This document shows positions 8,562-18,749 of a DNA stretch of 61,551 bases, piece by piece. A program made the position numbers and the translations under genes. The stretch is from positions 1 through 61,551 of IMG/VR virus record IMGVR_UViG_3300030107_003029. One strand, 5' to 3'. This DNA is from a virus. Taxonomy: Duplodnaviria; Caudoviricetes. Within the stretch, counting starts at the first letter, position 1. Every line of letters begins with the position of its first letter. The notes below the pieces were generated by a model. The model was not told the origin of the DNA and searched no databases. It worked only from the letters and a program-made list of their open reading frames with translations.

Positions 8562-9293
8562 ATGGCCAACACAACTTCCGGAACATATGTTTTTGGTAAG
8601 AACTTCTCTATTGATGAAATAGTAGAAGAGGCTTATGAAAGATGTGGTGTACAATCTGTCTCGGGATATCAGTTAAAAGCAGCTAGAAGATCTCTAAATA
8701 TTCTTTTCCAGGAATGGGGGAATAGAGGATTACATTATTGGGAAGTTGCCAATAACTCTCTTACTCTTGTTGATGGAAAATCTGAATATACAATGTATCG
8801 TTCTACAGGAGATGGTACTTCTGACGCTACGGCTGTATATGGAGTAGCAGATGTATTAGAGGCTTCTTATAGAAATGCTTCTAGTGTAGATGCACCTTTA
8901 ACTAAAATTGATCGTTCAACTTATCAAGCTTTTTCTAATAAAACAGCTAAGGGTCAACCAACTCAATATTGGGTTCAAAGATTTATAGATAAAGTTACAA
9001 TTACTTTATATTTAACTCCTGGTTCTTCTCAAGCAGGACATTTTCTTAATTACTATTATGTAAAAAGAATTCAAGATGTAGGGGCATATAGTAATGCTGC
9101 CGATCTTCCATATAGATTTGTACCACCAATGGTTTCAGGTCTAGCGTTTTATTTATCACAAAAATATGCTGTTCAAAGAACACAAGAATTAAAATTATTA
9201 TATGAGGACGAATTAGCGAGAGCTCTAAAAGAAGATGGTTCTCCTACTAGTGCTTATATTTCACCAGCAACTTATTACCCAACGGCTAGTTAA
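8562..9293 (+). CDS. Head-tail adaptor/connector protein
   Basis: ARRSLNILFQEWGNRG..., KGQPTQY pattern of podovirus adaptor proteins. Confidence 0.65.
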   Translation: MANTTSGTYVFGKNFSIDEIVEEAYERCGVQSVSGYQLKAARRSLNILFQEWGNRGLHYWEVANNSLTLVDGKSEYTMYRSTGDGTSDATAVYGVADVLEASYRNASSVDAPLTKIDRSTYQAFSNKTAKGQPTQYWVQRFIDKVTITLYLTPGSSQAGHFLNYYYVKRIQDVGAYSNAADLPYRFVPPMVSGLAFYLSQKYAVQRTQELKLLYEDELARALKEDGSPTSAYISPATYYPTAS

Positions 9294-9295
9294 TT

Positions 9296-10093
9296 ATGAC
9301 AAAATTTGCAACAGGAAAATATGCTTTATCAATTTCAGACAGATCGGGATTAGCGTTTCCTTATTTAGAAATGGTAAAAGAATGGAATGGAGCATGGGTT
9401 CATTTTTCAGAATATGAACCTAAACAACCACAGCTTCAACCAAAACCTGTAAGTGCAGATCCACAAGCTTTAAAACATGCACGCCCACAAAGAACTGCAT
9501 TTTTTACACCAAGTGTTTTAAATGATAATCCTTTTTCAACAACAGGAAGCAGTACAACTGTAACTGTTACAGAAGATAGACACGGGAGATCTACAGGAGA
9601 TGCTGTTAGATTTTATGAAGTTAAAGAAATCGTTGGTGGAGTGGGAATTTCTACTTTTGAATTAAACACTACATTAAATGGAAATATTACAGATAGCGCT
9701 ACAACTATTACTTTAGCTGACGCATCATCATTTCCTACTTCAGGTTATATTGTAATTGTTTCAACAGATGCTACTACAGGACTTTATACGAGTGAAACAA
9801 TTCAATACACAGGAAAATCAAGTAATGATTTAACAGGGTGTACAAGAGGTACTTCTGCACCTTCTTATGGAACTACTCCTGAAAGTACAACTGCGGTTGC
9901 TCATACAAGTGGTGCCAAGGTCTATGGTTCTTATATCATTACTAAAGTTACAGAAACTATTAACTATCCTGGACAACCATCTACAGAAACAGTTAGTAAT
10001 AAATTTACAATTACATTAGCAAGCAATGCATCATCAACAGCAGTAGGGGGAGGATATTTCGTTTTCGGTGGTCCTGTTAACGATAGACCATAA
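9296..10093 (+). CDS. Structural protein with FCCH-like and LNGxI..TITL..FP..G...TRG beta modules
   Basis: Modules shared with 20610..22844. Confidence 0.7.
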   Translation: MTKFATGKYALSISDRSGLAFPYLEMVKEWNGAWVHFSEYEPKQPQLQPKPVSADPQALKHARPQRTAFFTPSVLNDNPFSTTGSSTTVTVTEDRHGRSTGDAVRFYEVKEIVGGVGISTFELNTTLNGNITDSATTITLADASSFPTSGYIVIVSTDATTGLYTSETIQYTGKSSNDLTGCTRGTSAPSYGTTPESTTAVAHTSGAKVYGSYIITKVTETINYPGQPSTETVSNKFTITLASNASSTAVGGGYFVFGGPVNDRP

Positions 10094-10800
10094 TGGCTTA
10101 TTTACTTGCAACATTACAAACAGATATCAGAAACTATACGGAAGTTGATAGTGGAGTATTAACCGATGCGATTGTTAATACTTTTATTGTTAACGCTGAA
10201 AATAAAATTTACAGAGAAGCAGATTCTGATGATAATAGATTCTATGCTACTTCAAACTTAACTACTGGAAATAGATATGTGACAATTCCAGATGATTTAA
10301 GAATAATTAGATATATTCAACTTAAAGACACGACTGTCACACCCAATGTTCAAACATTTTTAGAAAAAAAAGATACTTCGTATATGGCAACTTATTATGA
10401 TACGCCTGGAACAAATTCAGGTATTCCTAAATATTATGCCAATTGGGATGCTAATTATTGGGTGGTCGCCCCAACACCTGCGGCTGGATATGAAATAACT
10501 ATGGCTTATATTAAACAGCCCTATAGTTTAACCGATACAGTAAATCCAACTACTGCACCTTCGGCTACAAATGGAACTTATTTATCAAATAAATATCAGG
10601 ATTTACTTTTGTACGGCTGTTTGGTAAATGCATATGGATACTTGAAAGGTCCAGCAGATATGATACAATACTATACGCAGGCATATCAAACTGCGCTACA
10701 ATCGTATGCGATCGAACAACAAGGTCGTAGACGTAGGGATGAATGGCAAGATGGAGTTATTCGTACACCCCTTAAATCACCGTTTCCATCAGATTATTAA
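10093..10800 (+). CDS. Tail adaptor/tubular protein A-like
   Basis: GIPKYYA..VAPTP..Y..LS..YQDLLLYGCL pattern. Confidence 0.65.
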   Translation: MAYLLATLQTDIRNYTEVDSGVLTDAIVNTFIVNAENKIYREADSDDNRFYATSNLTTGNRYVTIPDDLRIIRYIQLKDTTVTPNVQTFLEKKDTSYMATYYDTPGTNSGIPKYYANWDANYWVVAPTPAAGYEITMAYIKQPYSLTDTVNPTTAPSATNGTYLSNKYQDLLLYGCLVNAYGYLKGPADMIQYYTQAYQTALQSYAIEQQGRRRRDEWQDGVIRTPLKSPFPSDY

Positions 10801-10811
10801 GGAGATAAAAA

Positions 10812-11240
10812 ATGGCAAATATAATACCTTATGCATTCCGTGGGGAGTTATTCTCAGGAACACATAATTTTGCATCTGGAGGAGATAGTTTTAAATTAGC
10901 TTTATACACTGCAAATCCATACACTACAGCGAGTTCGGTTTATAGTGCGAGTAGTGAAGTAAGTTCAAGTGGTGGAAGCAACTATACGACAGCAGGAAAA
11001 GCTTTAACTGGAAACGCAGTTGTTTCTACAGGAGCAATTGCAACTACAGATTTTGCAGATGCGACTTGGACATCAGCTACTTTTACAGCAGCTTTTGGAG
11101 CAATTTACAATGATGACCAAGGCGATAAATTATGTGTGGTGTTAGATTTCGGAGGAAATAAAACTTGTACTAATGGTACATTTAAAATTACTTTCCCTGA
11201 TCCATCGACACCTGCAAATGCTATCATAAGTATGAGTTAA
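10812..11240 (+). CDS. Tail-associated structural protein
   Basis: FKLALYT...YTTAGKAL...VLDFGG. Confidence 0.7.
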   Translation: MANIIPYAFRGELFSGTHNFASGGDSFKLALYTANPYTTASSVYSASSEVSSSGGSNYTTAGKALTGNAVVSTGAIATTDFADATWTSATFTAAFGAIYNDDQGDKLCVVLDFGGNKTCTNGTFKITFPDPSTPANAIISMS

Positions 11241-11249
11241 GGAGGATAA

Positions 11250-11636
11250 ATGGCATTAGTTATAAATGATAGGGTAAAAGAAACTAGTACGACTACTGGT
11301 ACAGGAACTTTGAATTTAGCGGGAGCTCAAACAGGGTTCGATACTTTTGTAGCGGGAGTTGGAAATAGTAATACTACCTATTATGCAATTTATAACCAAG
11401 GTACTTCTGAATGGGAAGTTGGAATTGGAACTGTAACAGACGCAACGCCTGATACACTTTCAAGAGATACAGTAATTTCAAGTTCTAACTCAGATTCAGC
11501 TGTAACGTTTAGTGCAGGAACTAAAGATGTATTTTGTACATTACCTGCAAGCAAAGCAGTTTATTTAGACGCAAGTGGTGTACCAGTAGGTGCAGCAAGT
11601 AATGGATTCGCAGTGGCAATGGCCATTGCGTTATAG
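11250..11636 (+). CDS. Tail fibre attachment-type protein
   Basis: MALVINDRVKETSTTTGTG...WEVG.G...KDVFCTLPA; ends AMAIAL. Confidence 0.75.
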   Translation: MALVINDRVKETSTTTGTGTLNLAGAQTGFDTFVAGVGNSNTTYYAIYNQGTSEWEVGIGTVTDATPDTLSRDTVISSSNSDSAVTFSAGTKDVFCTLPASKAVYLDASGVPVGAASNGFAVAMAIAL

Positions 11637-11651
11637 AGGAGAAAATAAAAA

Positions 11652-11978
11652 ATGGCTCAAGATTTTACAAGAACCGCCCAGCAGATAACGAATTCAGCAA
11701 CAACTATTGTGACTGCTAATTCTAATGATGCGGTAATTGGACTAAGATTAGCCAACATATTAACAAGTGCTATTACAATATCTGTTTGGGTTTCTGTTGG
11801 GGGAAGTACAACTAGATATCTTGTAAAAGATTTGAGTATACCGCCGTCAAGTGCTGTAGAATTAGTACAGGGTGGAGCAAAATTTGTAATGCAAAATACT
11901 GATGTATTGAAAGCACAAAGTTCAGCAGCAAGTAGTGTTGATGCTTATGTTAGTGTTGTCGATTCAATTAGTGCATAG
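11652..11978 (+). CDS. Tail-associated small beta protein
   Basis: Paralog-like to 24209..24544; RBS. Confidence 0.7.
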   Translation: MAQDFTRTAQQITNSATTIVTANSNDAVIGLRLANILTSAITISVWVSVGGSTTRYLVKDLSIPPSSAVELVQGGAKFVMQNTDVLKAQSSAASSVDAYVSVVDSISA

Positions 11979-11986
11979 GAGATAAA

Positions 11987-12157
11987 ATGAATAGTTTATA
12001 TAATACTATATACATAGGTAATAAACCTGGAGCAGAAGAGATATATACTCACGCTGCAACAATGGATAATATTTTAATAATTGAAAATGCTGTCCTTGCA
12101 GGTCCTGTTACCTTTACCCAAACATTAACAGTAACAGGAACATTGGTAATAGTATAA
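11987..12157 (+). CDS. 56-aa fibre-associated protein (missed by ORF track), MNSLYNTIY...AGPVTFTQTLTVTGTLVIV
   Basis: AGGAG RBS; stop overlaps next ATG (TAATG). Confidence 0.75.
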   Translation: MNSLYNTIYIGNKPGAEEIYTHAATMDNILIIENAVLAGPVTFTQTLTVTGTLVIV

Positions 12158-13533
12158 TGAGTAAAATAGAAGTAAATACAGTCGAACCACAATGCGGAAC
12201 TACCTTAACTTTAGGTGGTTGTGGACAAACAGTAGCTTTAGGTACAGGTGCTTCTCAAACAGGTTTTGGAAGATCAGGATCTGTTAATTGGCAAACAACA
12301 CCAAAAACTTCTACGTTTACAGCAGTAGATGGAGAAGGATATTTTGTAAATTCAGGAAGTGCTTTAACAATGAACTTACCAGCAGGTAGTGCTGGAGCTA
12401 TTGTAGCTGTTTCTGATTATGCAAGAAATTTTCAAACATATAATTTAACAGTTAGTCCTAATGGATCAGAAAAAATTGGTGGAATTGCACAAGATGCAAC
12501 ATTAAATGTTGATGGTCAGGCAGCTACATTTGTTTATGTTGATTCAACAAAAGGTTGGGTTAATGTTCAAAACGCAGAAGATACAGAAACAGGTATTCCT
12601 CCTTATATAGGTGCAACAGGTGGAACAATTACAACTTCTGGAAATTGCAAAATTCATACATTTACAGGTCCTGGAACTTTTACAGTATGTAGAATAGCAA
12701 CTACTTGTGCTCCAGTTAATAATCTAGTTAGTTATATGGTTATAGCTGGCGGTGGAGGCGGTGGTGGTTATTATGCCGGAGGTGGCGGAGGTGCTGGTGG
12801 TTATAGAGAAGTAGTAAGTCCAGGTTCACCTTATACAGGTTCACCAAGTCAAGGATACCCAACACCCGGTAATAGAATTACAGTAACAGCCACATCTTAT
12901 CCCATCACAGTAGGTGCTGGTGGAAATGGAGGTGGAGATGATAGCGGTTCTGGTGCTAATAATGGAACTCAAGGAGCAACATCAACTTTTTCAACAATTT
13001 CAAGTGCTGGCGGTGGTTATGGAGTAGGTCATGATGGTGGTGGAACTCAACCAACAGGAGGTTCGGGTGGTTCTGGTGGAGGTGGTACAGGAAACTGTGG
13101 CCCTTCAAATGGCGGAGCAGGTAATACTCCCCCAACAACTCCAGCTCAAGGATATAATGGTGCCAATGCATTATCATCTCCAGGAGATAGAGGCGGTGGA
13201 GGCGGTGGCGGTGCTACTGCTGTCGGTCAAGCAGGTCAACCAAGTCCAGGAACAGGTGGTTCTGGAGGAACAGGAGCAACCTCATCAATTAATGCAACAC
13301 CTACTGCTAGAGCAGGAGGCGGCGGAGGTGGATCAGGTCAATCTCCAACTTCAGCAGCTCCAGTAGCGGGCGGTGGAAAAGGGGGACTAGGAAGTTCACC
13401 TGCACCGGGAGCATCTGCAACAGCAGGAACAGCTAACACTGGCGGTGGTGGCGGAGGTGGAGGCGGTGGACCTTCAAGTTCAGGTGCTGGTGGAGGTAGT
13501 GGTCTTGTCATAATAAGGTATAGATATCAATAA
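12157..13533 (+). CDS. Glycine-rich fibre/adhesin paralog 1
   Basis: N-terminal T4 gp34-like repeat; ATGGTIT..IHTFTGPGTF; poly-Gly runs; ends GGSGLVIIRYRYQ. Confidence 0.85.
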   Translation: MSKIEVNTVEPQCGTTLTLGGCGQTVALGTGASQTGFGRSGSVNWQTTPKTSTFTAVDGEGYFVNSGSALTMNLPAGSAGAIVAVSDYARNFQTYNLTVSPNGSEKIGGIAQDATLNVDGQAATFVYVDSTKGWVNVQNAEDTETGIPPYIGATGGTITTSGNCKIHTFTGPGTFTVCRIATTCAPVNNLVSYMVIAGGGGGGGYYAGGGGGAGGYREVVSPGSPYTGSPSQGYPTPGNRITVTATSYPITVGAGGNGGGDDSGSGANNGTQGATSTFSTISSAGGGYGVGHDGGGTQPTGGSGGSGGGGTGNCGPSNGGAGNTPPTTPAQGYNGANALSSPGDRGGGGGGGATAVGQAGQPSPGTGGSGGTGATSSINATPTARAGGGGGGSGQSPTSAAPVAGGGKGGLGSSPAPGASATAGTANTGGGGGGGGGGPSSSGAGGGSGLVIIRYRYQ

Positions 13534-14993
13534 TGACTAGCACAATTAAAGTAGATAATGTACAAAAAACATCAGACGCTTCTAATATAATTAAGAAGTG
13601 TAGTTCAACAACAACAGTCGGATCAGGAGCTGGTAATACAATTGTTGTATGTGGCGCAACAGTTACAATTGGGAGATGTGGTGGAACTGTATCTCTTGCA
13701 TCAGGTGCAACACAATCAGGATTTGGAAGATCAGGATCTGTTAATTGGGACACTTCAATTAAAACTTCTACGTTTACAGCAGTTTCAGGAAATGGATATT
13801 TTTGTAATACAACTGGTGGAGCATTTACAGTAAATTTACCAAGTTCACCATCAGTTGGAGATATCGTAGCTCTTAAAGATTATGCTAGTAATTTTGCAAT
13901 AGCTAATTTAACAATTGGTAGAGGTGGTTCTAATATGAATGGAACAGCTGGAGATTATGTAATAACTACAAATAATTTAAGTTTAACTATGGTTTATGCT
14001 GATGCAACAAAAGGTTGGATACCAGTAGAGGAAGGAACAGGATTTGTTGGAGAAGCTTTTATAAGTGCATCAGGAGGAACTATTAGTTGTAGTGGAGATT
14101 ATAAAATTCATACTTTTACAGGTCCTGGAACATTTACTGTAAACACACTTGCTAGTTGTTCTGCTAATAACAAAGTAGATTATTTAGTAGTGGCTGGTGG
14201 TGGAAGTTCTACAGGAGCCGCAGGAAGTGGAGCAGGAGCAGGAGGATTTAGAATGTCGAATGACACTTGTATGCCAGCACCTTTAACTTCACCTTTAGCA
14301 AATCCAACAGGTATTACAGTTTCAGCAGAAGCTTATCCAATTACAATTGGAGCAGGAGGTACAAGGCCTGAACCAAATGCAACATGTGCGCCAGCAGGTA
14401 GTAATTCACTATTTTCAACAATAACATCAGCTGGTGGTGCTGGTGGTGCCGGACAGGGAACTACTGGACAAGATGGTGGATCAGGTGGTGGCGGTGGCGG
14501 TGAAAAACCAAGCTCACCAGCTCCTGGTGGAAGTGGTAATACTCCTCCAGTTAGTCCTCCACAAGGCAATAATGGTGGAGGTGGTGGAGTGTCACCAAGT
14601 GGAAGAGGAGCAGGCGGTGGTGGTGGTGCTGGAGCGGTAGGAGAAACTGTTAGTGCACCAGGAGGTGATGGCGGAGTTGGTTCATATGCTGTTGGAACAG
14701 GTTTTGCTGGGTGTAATGGAACAACAGGTCCAGTTACTAATGCAAGATATTTTGCTGGTGGTGGCGGTGGAGGATATGAAGCCAATAGTGGACATAATGG
14801 AGAAGGTGGCGATGGCGGAGGCGGAGACGCAGGGCCAGGACCAGGAACATCTCCAGGAGATGGACAAGCTGGAGCTACTAACACTGGTGGCGGTGGCGGC
14901 GGTGGATCAAGAGGTGCTCCCGGAACAAACTCTGGTCAAAAAGGTGGAAATGGTGGAAGTGGTATTGTAATATTAAGGTATAAATATCAATAA
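13533..14993 (+). CDS. Glycine-rich fibre/adhesin paralog 2
   Basis: Same architecture; ends GGSGIVILRYKYQ. Confidence 0.85.
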   Translation: MTSTIKVDNVQKTSDASNIIKKCSSTTTVGSGAGNTIVVCGATVTIGRCGGTVSLASGATQSGFGRSGSVNWDTSIKTSTFTAVSGNGYFCNTTGGAFTVNLPSSPSVGDIVALKDYASNFAIANLTIGRGGSNMNGTAGDYVITTNNLSLTMVYADATKGWIPVEEGTGFVGEAFISASGGTISCSGDYKIHTFTGPGTFTVNTLASCSANNKVDYLVVAGGGSSTGAAGSGAGAGGFRMSNDTCMPAPLTSPLANPTGITVSAEAYPITIGAGGTRPEPNATCAPAGSNSLFSTITSAGGAGGAGQGTTGQDGGSGGGGGGEKPSSPAPGGSGNTPPVSPPQGNNGGGGGVSPSGRGAGGGGGAGAVGETVSAPGGDGGVGSYAVGTGFAGCNGTTGPVTNARYFAGGGGGGYEANSGHNGEGGDGGGGDAGPGPGTSPGDGQAGATNTGGGGGGGSRGAPGTNSGQKGGNGGSGIVILRYKYQ

Positions 14994-16474
14994 TGAGTGA
15001 AATAAAAGTAAATAAAATTAGTCCAAGAACAGCGTGTGGTACAGTTACATTAGGAGATAGTGGAGATACATTCACAATTCCTGCTGGTGCAACAATTACA
15101 AACTCTGGAACGGCATCAGGATTCGGTGCAACAGGTTCGGCTTCTTGGAGTACAACAGTTAAAACAGGAGACTTTACAGCAACAGCTGGAATAGGATATT
15201 TTGTAAATACAACTTCAGGAGAAGTTGATGTAACATTACCAGCAGGAACTGCTGGAGATGTTATTGCAGTAAAAGATTATGCAAACACTTGGGATACAAA
15301 TAATTGTATATTAATTGCTAATGGTTCAGAAAAAATTGGTGGTTCAACTAACAATGCAACTTTATCAACAGAAGGTTTAGCAGTAACATTAGTTTATATA
15401 GATTCAACACAAGGTTGGTTAGTAACTGACGATGGAACTCAATCAGTTGCATCAACCACACAATATATTACAGCTACAGGCGGAACAATTACAACATCTG
15501 GTAATTACAAAATTCATACTTTTACAGGACCAGGAACTTTTACTGTTTGTTCAGTTGGAAGTACACCTGGTTGCAATGTAGTAGATTATATGGTCGTTGC
15601 TGGGGGTGCATCCGGTCAATCTAAAAATAGTAAAAACGGAACTATGCCTCAAAGATATGGTATGGGCGGTGGAGGAGCAGGTGGTTGGAGAGCATCTTCT
15701 GGAACTGCTACAGGTTGTTACACAGCAGGACCAGGTCCTTTAACATCACCAGTTTCCGCATTACCCGTAACCGCAACTGGTTATCCCGTTACAGTAGGAG
15801 CAGGTGGAACCGCACCAGCAGTTCCAACTTCTTGTGCAACAGGTGCAGTAGGTTCTAATTCAGTTTTTACAGGAAGTTCAACAATTACATCGGCAGGTGG
15901 TGGCGGAGGTGGTTATGGTTCCCCTCCATCACAAAGTACTGCTGGCGCTGCTGGAGGTTCTGGCGGCGGTGGCGGTGGGTCACCTAGCCCTCCGGGGGCG
16001 CATCTTGGAGGTGCAGGTAATACTCCCCCAGTTAGTCCTTCTCAAGGAAATAGTGGTGGAAGTGGATCGGACGATGCAGATACCGGCGGTGGTGCAGGCG
16101 GTGGAGCGACTGCTGTAGGAGCTAATGCAGGACCAAATAGTCCATCTCCAAGAACTTCTATAGGAGGAGCAGGAGGAACAGGTGCTACATCGGCAATTAC
16201 AGGTACTCCCGCAGTTTATGCTGGCGGTGGTGGAGGAGGCGCAGGATATGGAGGAGAGCCAGGATCAGGTACAGTTACTCCAGGAGCTGGAGGATCTGGT
16301 GGCGGCGGATATGGTGGTGGACCACCAAGTAATCCAACACCTAATGATACAAGCGCTGGAGTAGCAGGAACTGCCAACACGGGAGGTGGCGGTGGCGGTG
16401 CTGGTGGAACATGTGCAGCTATTGGTGGTAATGGTGGATCTGGAGTTGTAATTATAAGGTATAAATTTCAATAA
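14993..16474 (+). CDS. Glycine-rich fibre/adhesin paralog 3
   Basis: Same architecture; ends GGSGVVIIRYKFQ. Confidence 0.85.
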   Translation: MSEIKVNKISPRTACGTVTLGDSGDTFTIPAGATITNSGTASGFGATGSASWSTTVKTGDFTATAGIGYFVNTTSGEVDVTLPAGTAGDVIAVKDYANTWDTNNCILIANGSEKIGGSTNNATLSTEGLAVTLVYIDSTQGWLVTDDGTQSVASTTQYITATGGTITTSGNYKIHTFTGPGTFTVCSVGSTPGCNVVDYMVVAGGASGQSKNSKNGTMPQRYGMGGGGAGGWRASSGTATGCYTAGPGPLTSPVSALPVTATGYPVTVGAGGTAPAVPTSCATGAVGSNSVFTGSSTITSAGGGGGGYGSPPSQSTAGAAGGSGGGGGGSPSPPGAHLGGAGNTPPVSPSQGNSGGSGSDDADTGGGAGGGATAVGANAGPNSPSPRTSIGGAGGTGATSAITGTPAVYAGGGGGGAGYGGEPGSGTVTPGAGGSGGGGYGGGPPSNPTPNDTSAGVAGTANTGGGGGGAGGTCAAIGGNGGSGVVIIRYKFQ

Positions 16475-16523
16475 TATTTATGTATTGTTTAACAATTAAT
16501 TTTAAGATATAAGGAGAAACATT

Positions 16524-16973
16524 ATGGCACATTTCGCAAAATTAGGATCAAACGGAAAAGTTATTCAAGTATTAACTTTAGATAATAAAGATATGCTTAA
16601 TGCTGATGGTGTTGAAGATGAATCAGTAGGTCAACAATATTTAGAAACACATAATAACTGGCCAGCACAAATGTGGATTCAAACTTCATACAACACACAC
16701 GGTGGTCAACACAAAGATGGTGGTACACCTTTAAGAGGAAATTACGCAGGTATAGGTTATACTTGGGATGAAGATGATCAAATCTTTTGGCCTAAAAAAC
16801 CTTATGCATCTTGGGTAAAACACAATGAATCAGCTTCGTGGAAATCACCAATCGGTGATGCTCCAGCATTAACAGCTGAACAAGAATCACAAAACACAGC
16901 AGATACTCATTCTTGGAGTTATGTTTGGAATGAAACTAATACAACTTGGGACTTGACAGATTCAAAAGCATAA
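16524..16973 (+). CDS. Fibre-associated protein (assembly/chaperone-like, MAHFAKL...WIQTSYN...YAGIGY)
   Basis: Position right after Gly-rich fibres; Trp/Pro-rich C-terminus. Confidence 0.65.
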   Translation: MAHFAKLGSNGKVIQVLTLDNKDMLNADGVEDESVGQQYLETHNNWPAQMWIQTSYNTHGGQHKDGGTPLRGNYAGIGYTWDEDDQIFWPKKPYASWVKHNESASWKSPIGDAPALTAEQESQNTADTHSWSYVWNETNTTWDLTDSKA

Positions 16974-16991
16974 ATTAAAAACAGTGGTGGT

Positions 16992-17495
16992 ATGCAGAAG
17001 AAAGTATTAAGCGAACAAGCGTTATATTACGGTGATGTGGCAATGCCTAAAGATTGGGACATTGACCGAGATAAATTATCAGGCGATATTTTACAATCAG
17101 TAATTCAAAATAAAGATTTTCCATTTTCAAGAACTTGGGATATGTTAAATACATATATGCGAGATCATGTTGGTCTTGAATATGGTTTTACTTTAATTAA
17201 CAAAGAAACGTGGGGAAATATCTATAAACCTGCGGAAACAACTATTCCTTTATTAAATATTGATCCAGTGGATCTACGTAACTCTCCAGACTTTACATTA
17301 TTATATGGTGTAAAAGTTAAAGACTGTAATGTTAGAATACATTATGAAGATAACAGACGTAAAGGAAGAAATTGGGATATACCACTTTTAAATAACAGAT
17401 TTATACTGTTTCCATCAACAAATATGTATTACTTAACTAACAATCAAAAAGATAGTTTAAATTTTGTACAGACTATAACGTATGAATATATCTAA
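16992..17495 (+). CDS. 2OG-Fe(II) oxygenase-fold protein, apparently lacking metal ligands
   Basis: WGNIY..., FILFPS..YY pattern parallels 18117 but without HxD/H. Confidence 0.55.
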   Translation: MQKKVLSEQALYYGDVAMPKDWDIDRDKLSGDILQSVIQNKDFPFSRTWDMLNTYMRDHVGLEYGFTLINKETWGNIYKPAETTIPLLNIDPVDLRNSPDFTLLYGVKVKDCNVRIHYEDNRRKGRNWDIPLLNNRFILFPSTNMYYLTNNQKDSLNFVQTITYEYI

Positions 17496-18117
17496 TTATT
17501 ATTGGTATTTCAGTGGTGTACTTACACCTAAATTTTGTGATGAAGTTATAAAATATGCAAATGCACAAAAAGAAGTTATGGCTAGAACAGGTGGCTATGG
17601 TGATAGAAAATTAAAAAAAGAAGAAGTTAAAAATTTACAAAGAAAAAGAAAATCAGATTTAGTATGGCTTAATGATACTTGGATATACAAAGAATTACAC
17701 CCCTATGTTCACCAAGCTAATCGAAAAGCTGGTTGGAATTTTGATTGGGAAAGATCTGAGTCGTGTCAGTTTACAAAATATAAATTAAATCAATATTATG
17801 ATTGGCATTGTGATAGTTGGGATAAACCTTACAAAAGAAAAGAAGGAGATCCTGAGAATGGTAAGATTCGAAAACTATCTATGACTTGTCAGTTAACAGA
17901 TGGTTCAGAATATAAAGGCGGTGAATTAGAATTTGATTTTAGAAACTATGATCCACATATGCGAGACGAATCGAAGCATAGAATACAATGTAAAGAAATA
18001 TTACCAAAAGGATCTATCATTGTATTTCCTTCATTTGTTTGGCATAGAGTTAAACCAGTAACATCAGGCACAAGATACAGTCTTGTTGTTTGGCATTTAG
18101 GAAAGCCGTTTAGATAA
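17482..18117 (+). CDS. 2OG-Fe(II) oxygenase, prolyl 4-hydroxylase-like
   Basis: WHCD, RKLS, YKGGEL, FPS..WHRVKPV..GTRYSLV.W. Confidence 0.9.
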   Translation: MNISNYYWYFSGVLTPKFCDEVIKYANAQKEVMARTGGYGDRKLKKEEVKNLQRKRKSDLVWLNDTWIYKELHPYVHQANRKAGWNFDWERSESCQFTKYKLNQYYDWHCDSWDKPYKRKEGDPENGKIRKLSMTCQLTDGSEYKGGELEFDFRNYDPHMRDESKHRIQCKEILPKGSIIVFPSFVWHRVKPVTSGTRYSLVVWHLGKPFR

Positions 18118-18749
18118 TGTATATAAATAACTATTTTAACACGACCATTTGGTCAGAACACAAACCAGAGTTTGTAAAATCTTTAAACAAAGCAAGTAAT
18201 AAATATATTCAAGAAGCTCGTAAAAGAGAAAAGAAAAGAATAAAAGAACATGGTGATTTTGGCACAAGTTATCATTCAACACCACTAACAGCTGATAATG
18301 ACTTCTTAGATTTTAGAAATTATATTGGTCAAAAGTCTTGGGAGTATTTAGATCATCAAGGTTATGATATGTCTCAATACCAAACTATATTTAGTGAGAT
18401 GTGGGTACAAGAATTTGCTAAAAAAGGTGGTGGTCATCACTCTGCACACATACATTGGAATCAACATGTATCAGGATTTTATTTTTTAAAGTGTAGTGAT
18501 AAAACATCATTCCCTATATTTCACGAACCAAAAACTGGTGCAAGATGTACAAAATTAAAAATGAAACCAGACTTAAAAGGTGTATGGCCTGGTCACGAAC
18601 AATTTCACCTTAAACCAAAACCAGGCACATTAATTATATTTCCAGGATATTTAGAGCACGAATATGCAGTAGACTTTGGTATTGAGCCTTTTAGATTTAT
18701 ACATTGGAATATACAAGCTGTACCAAAAGAAATGGCTAAAGATGTTTAA
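18117..18749 (+). CDS. 2OG-Fe(II) oxygenase (HxH type)
   Basis: HSAHIH..VSGFYF..P.PG.LIIFPGYLEH..R. Confidence 0.85.
   Translation: MYINNYFNTTIWSEHKPEFVKSLNKASNKYIQEARKREKKRIKEHGDFGTSYHSTPLTADNDFLDFRNYIGQKSWEYLDHQGYDMSQYQTIFSEMWVQEFAKKGGGHHSAHIHWNQHVSGFYFLKCSDKTSFPIFHEPKTGARCTKLKMKPDLKGVWPGHEQFHLKPKPGTLIIFPGYLEHEYAVDFGIEPFRFIHWNIQAVPKEMAKDV

Noticed and set aside
14333-14884. Pro-rich antisense ORF and the short +frame ORFs within the fibres
   Set aside because: Shadow of GGN codon runs
12157-16474. Diversity-generating retroelement acting on fibres
   Set aside because: No reverse transcriptase and no adenine-specific TR/VR pair seen
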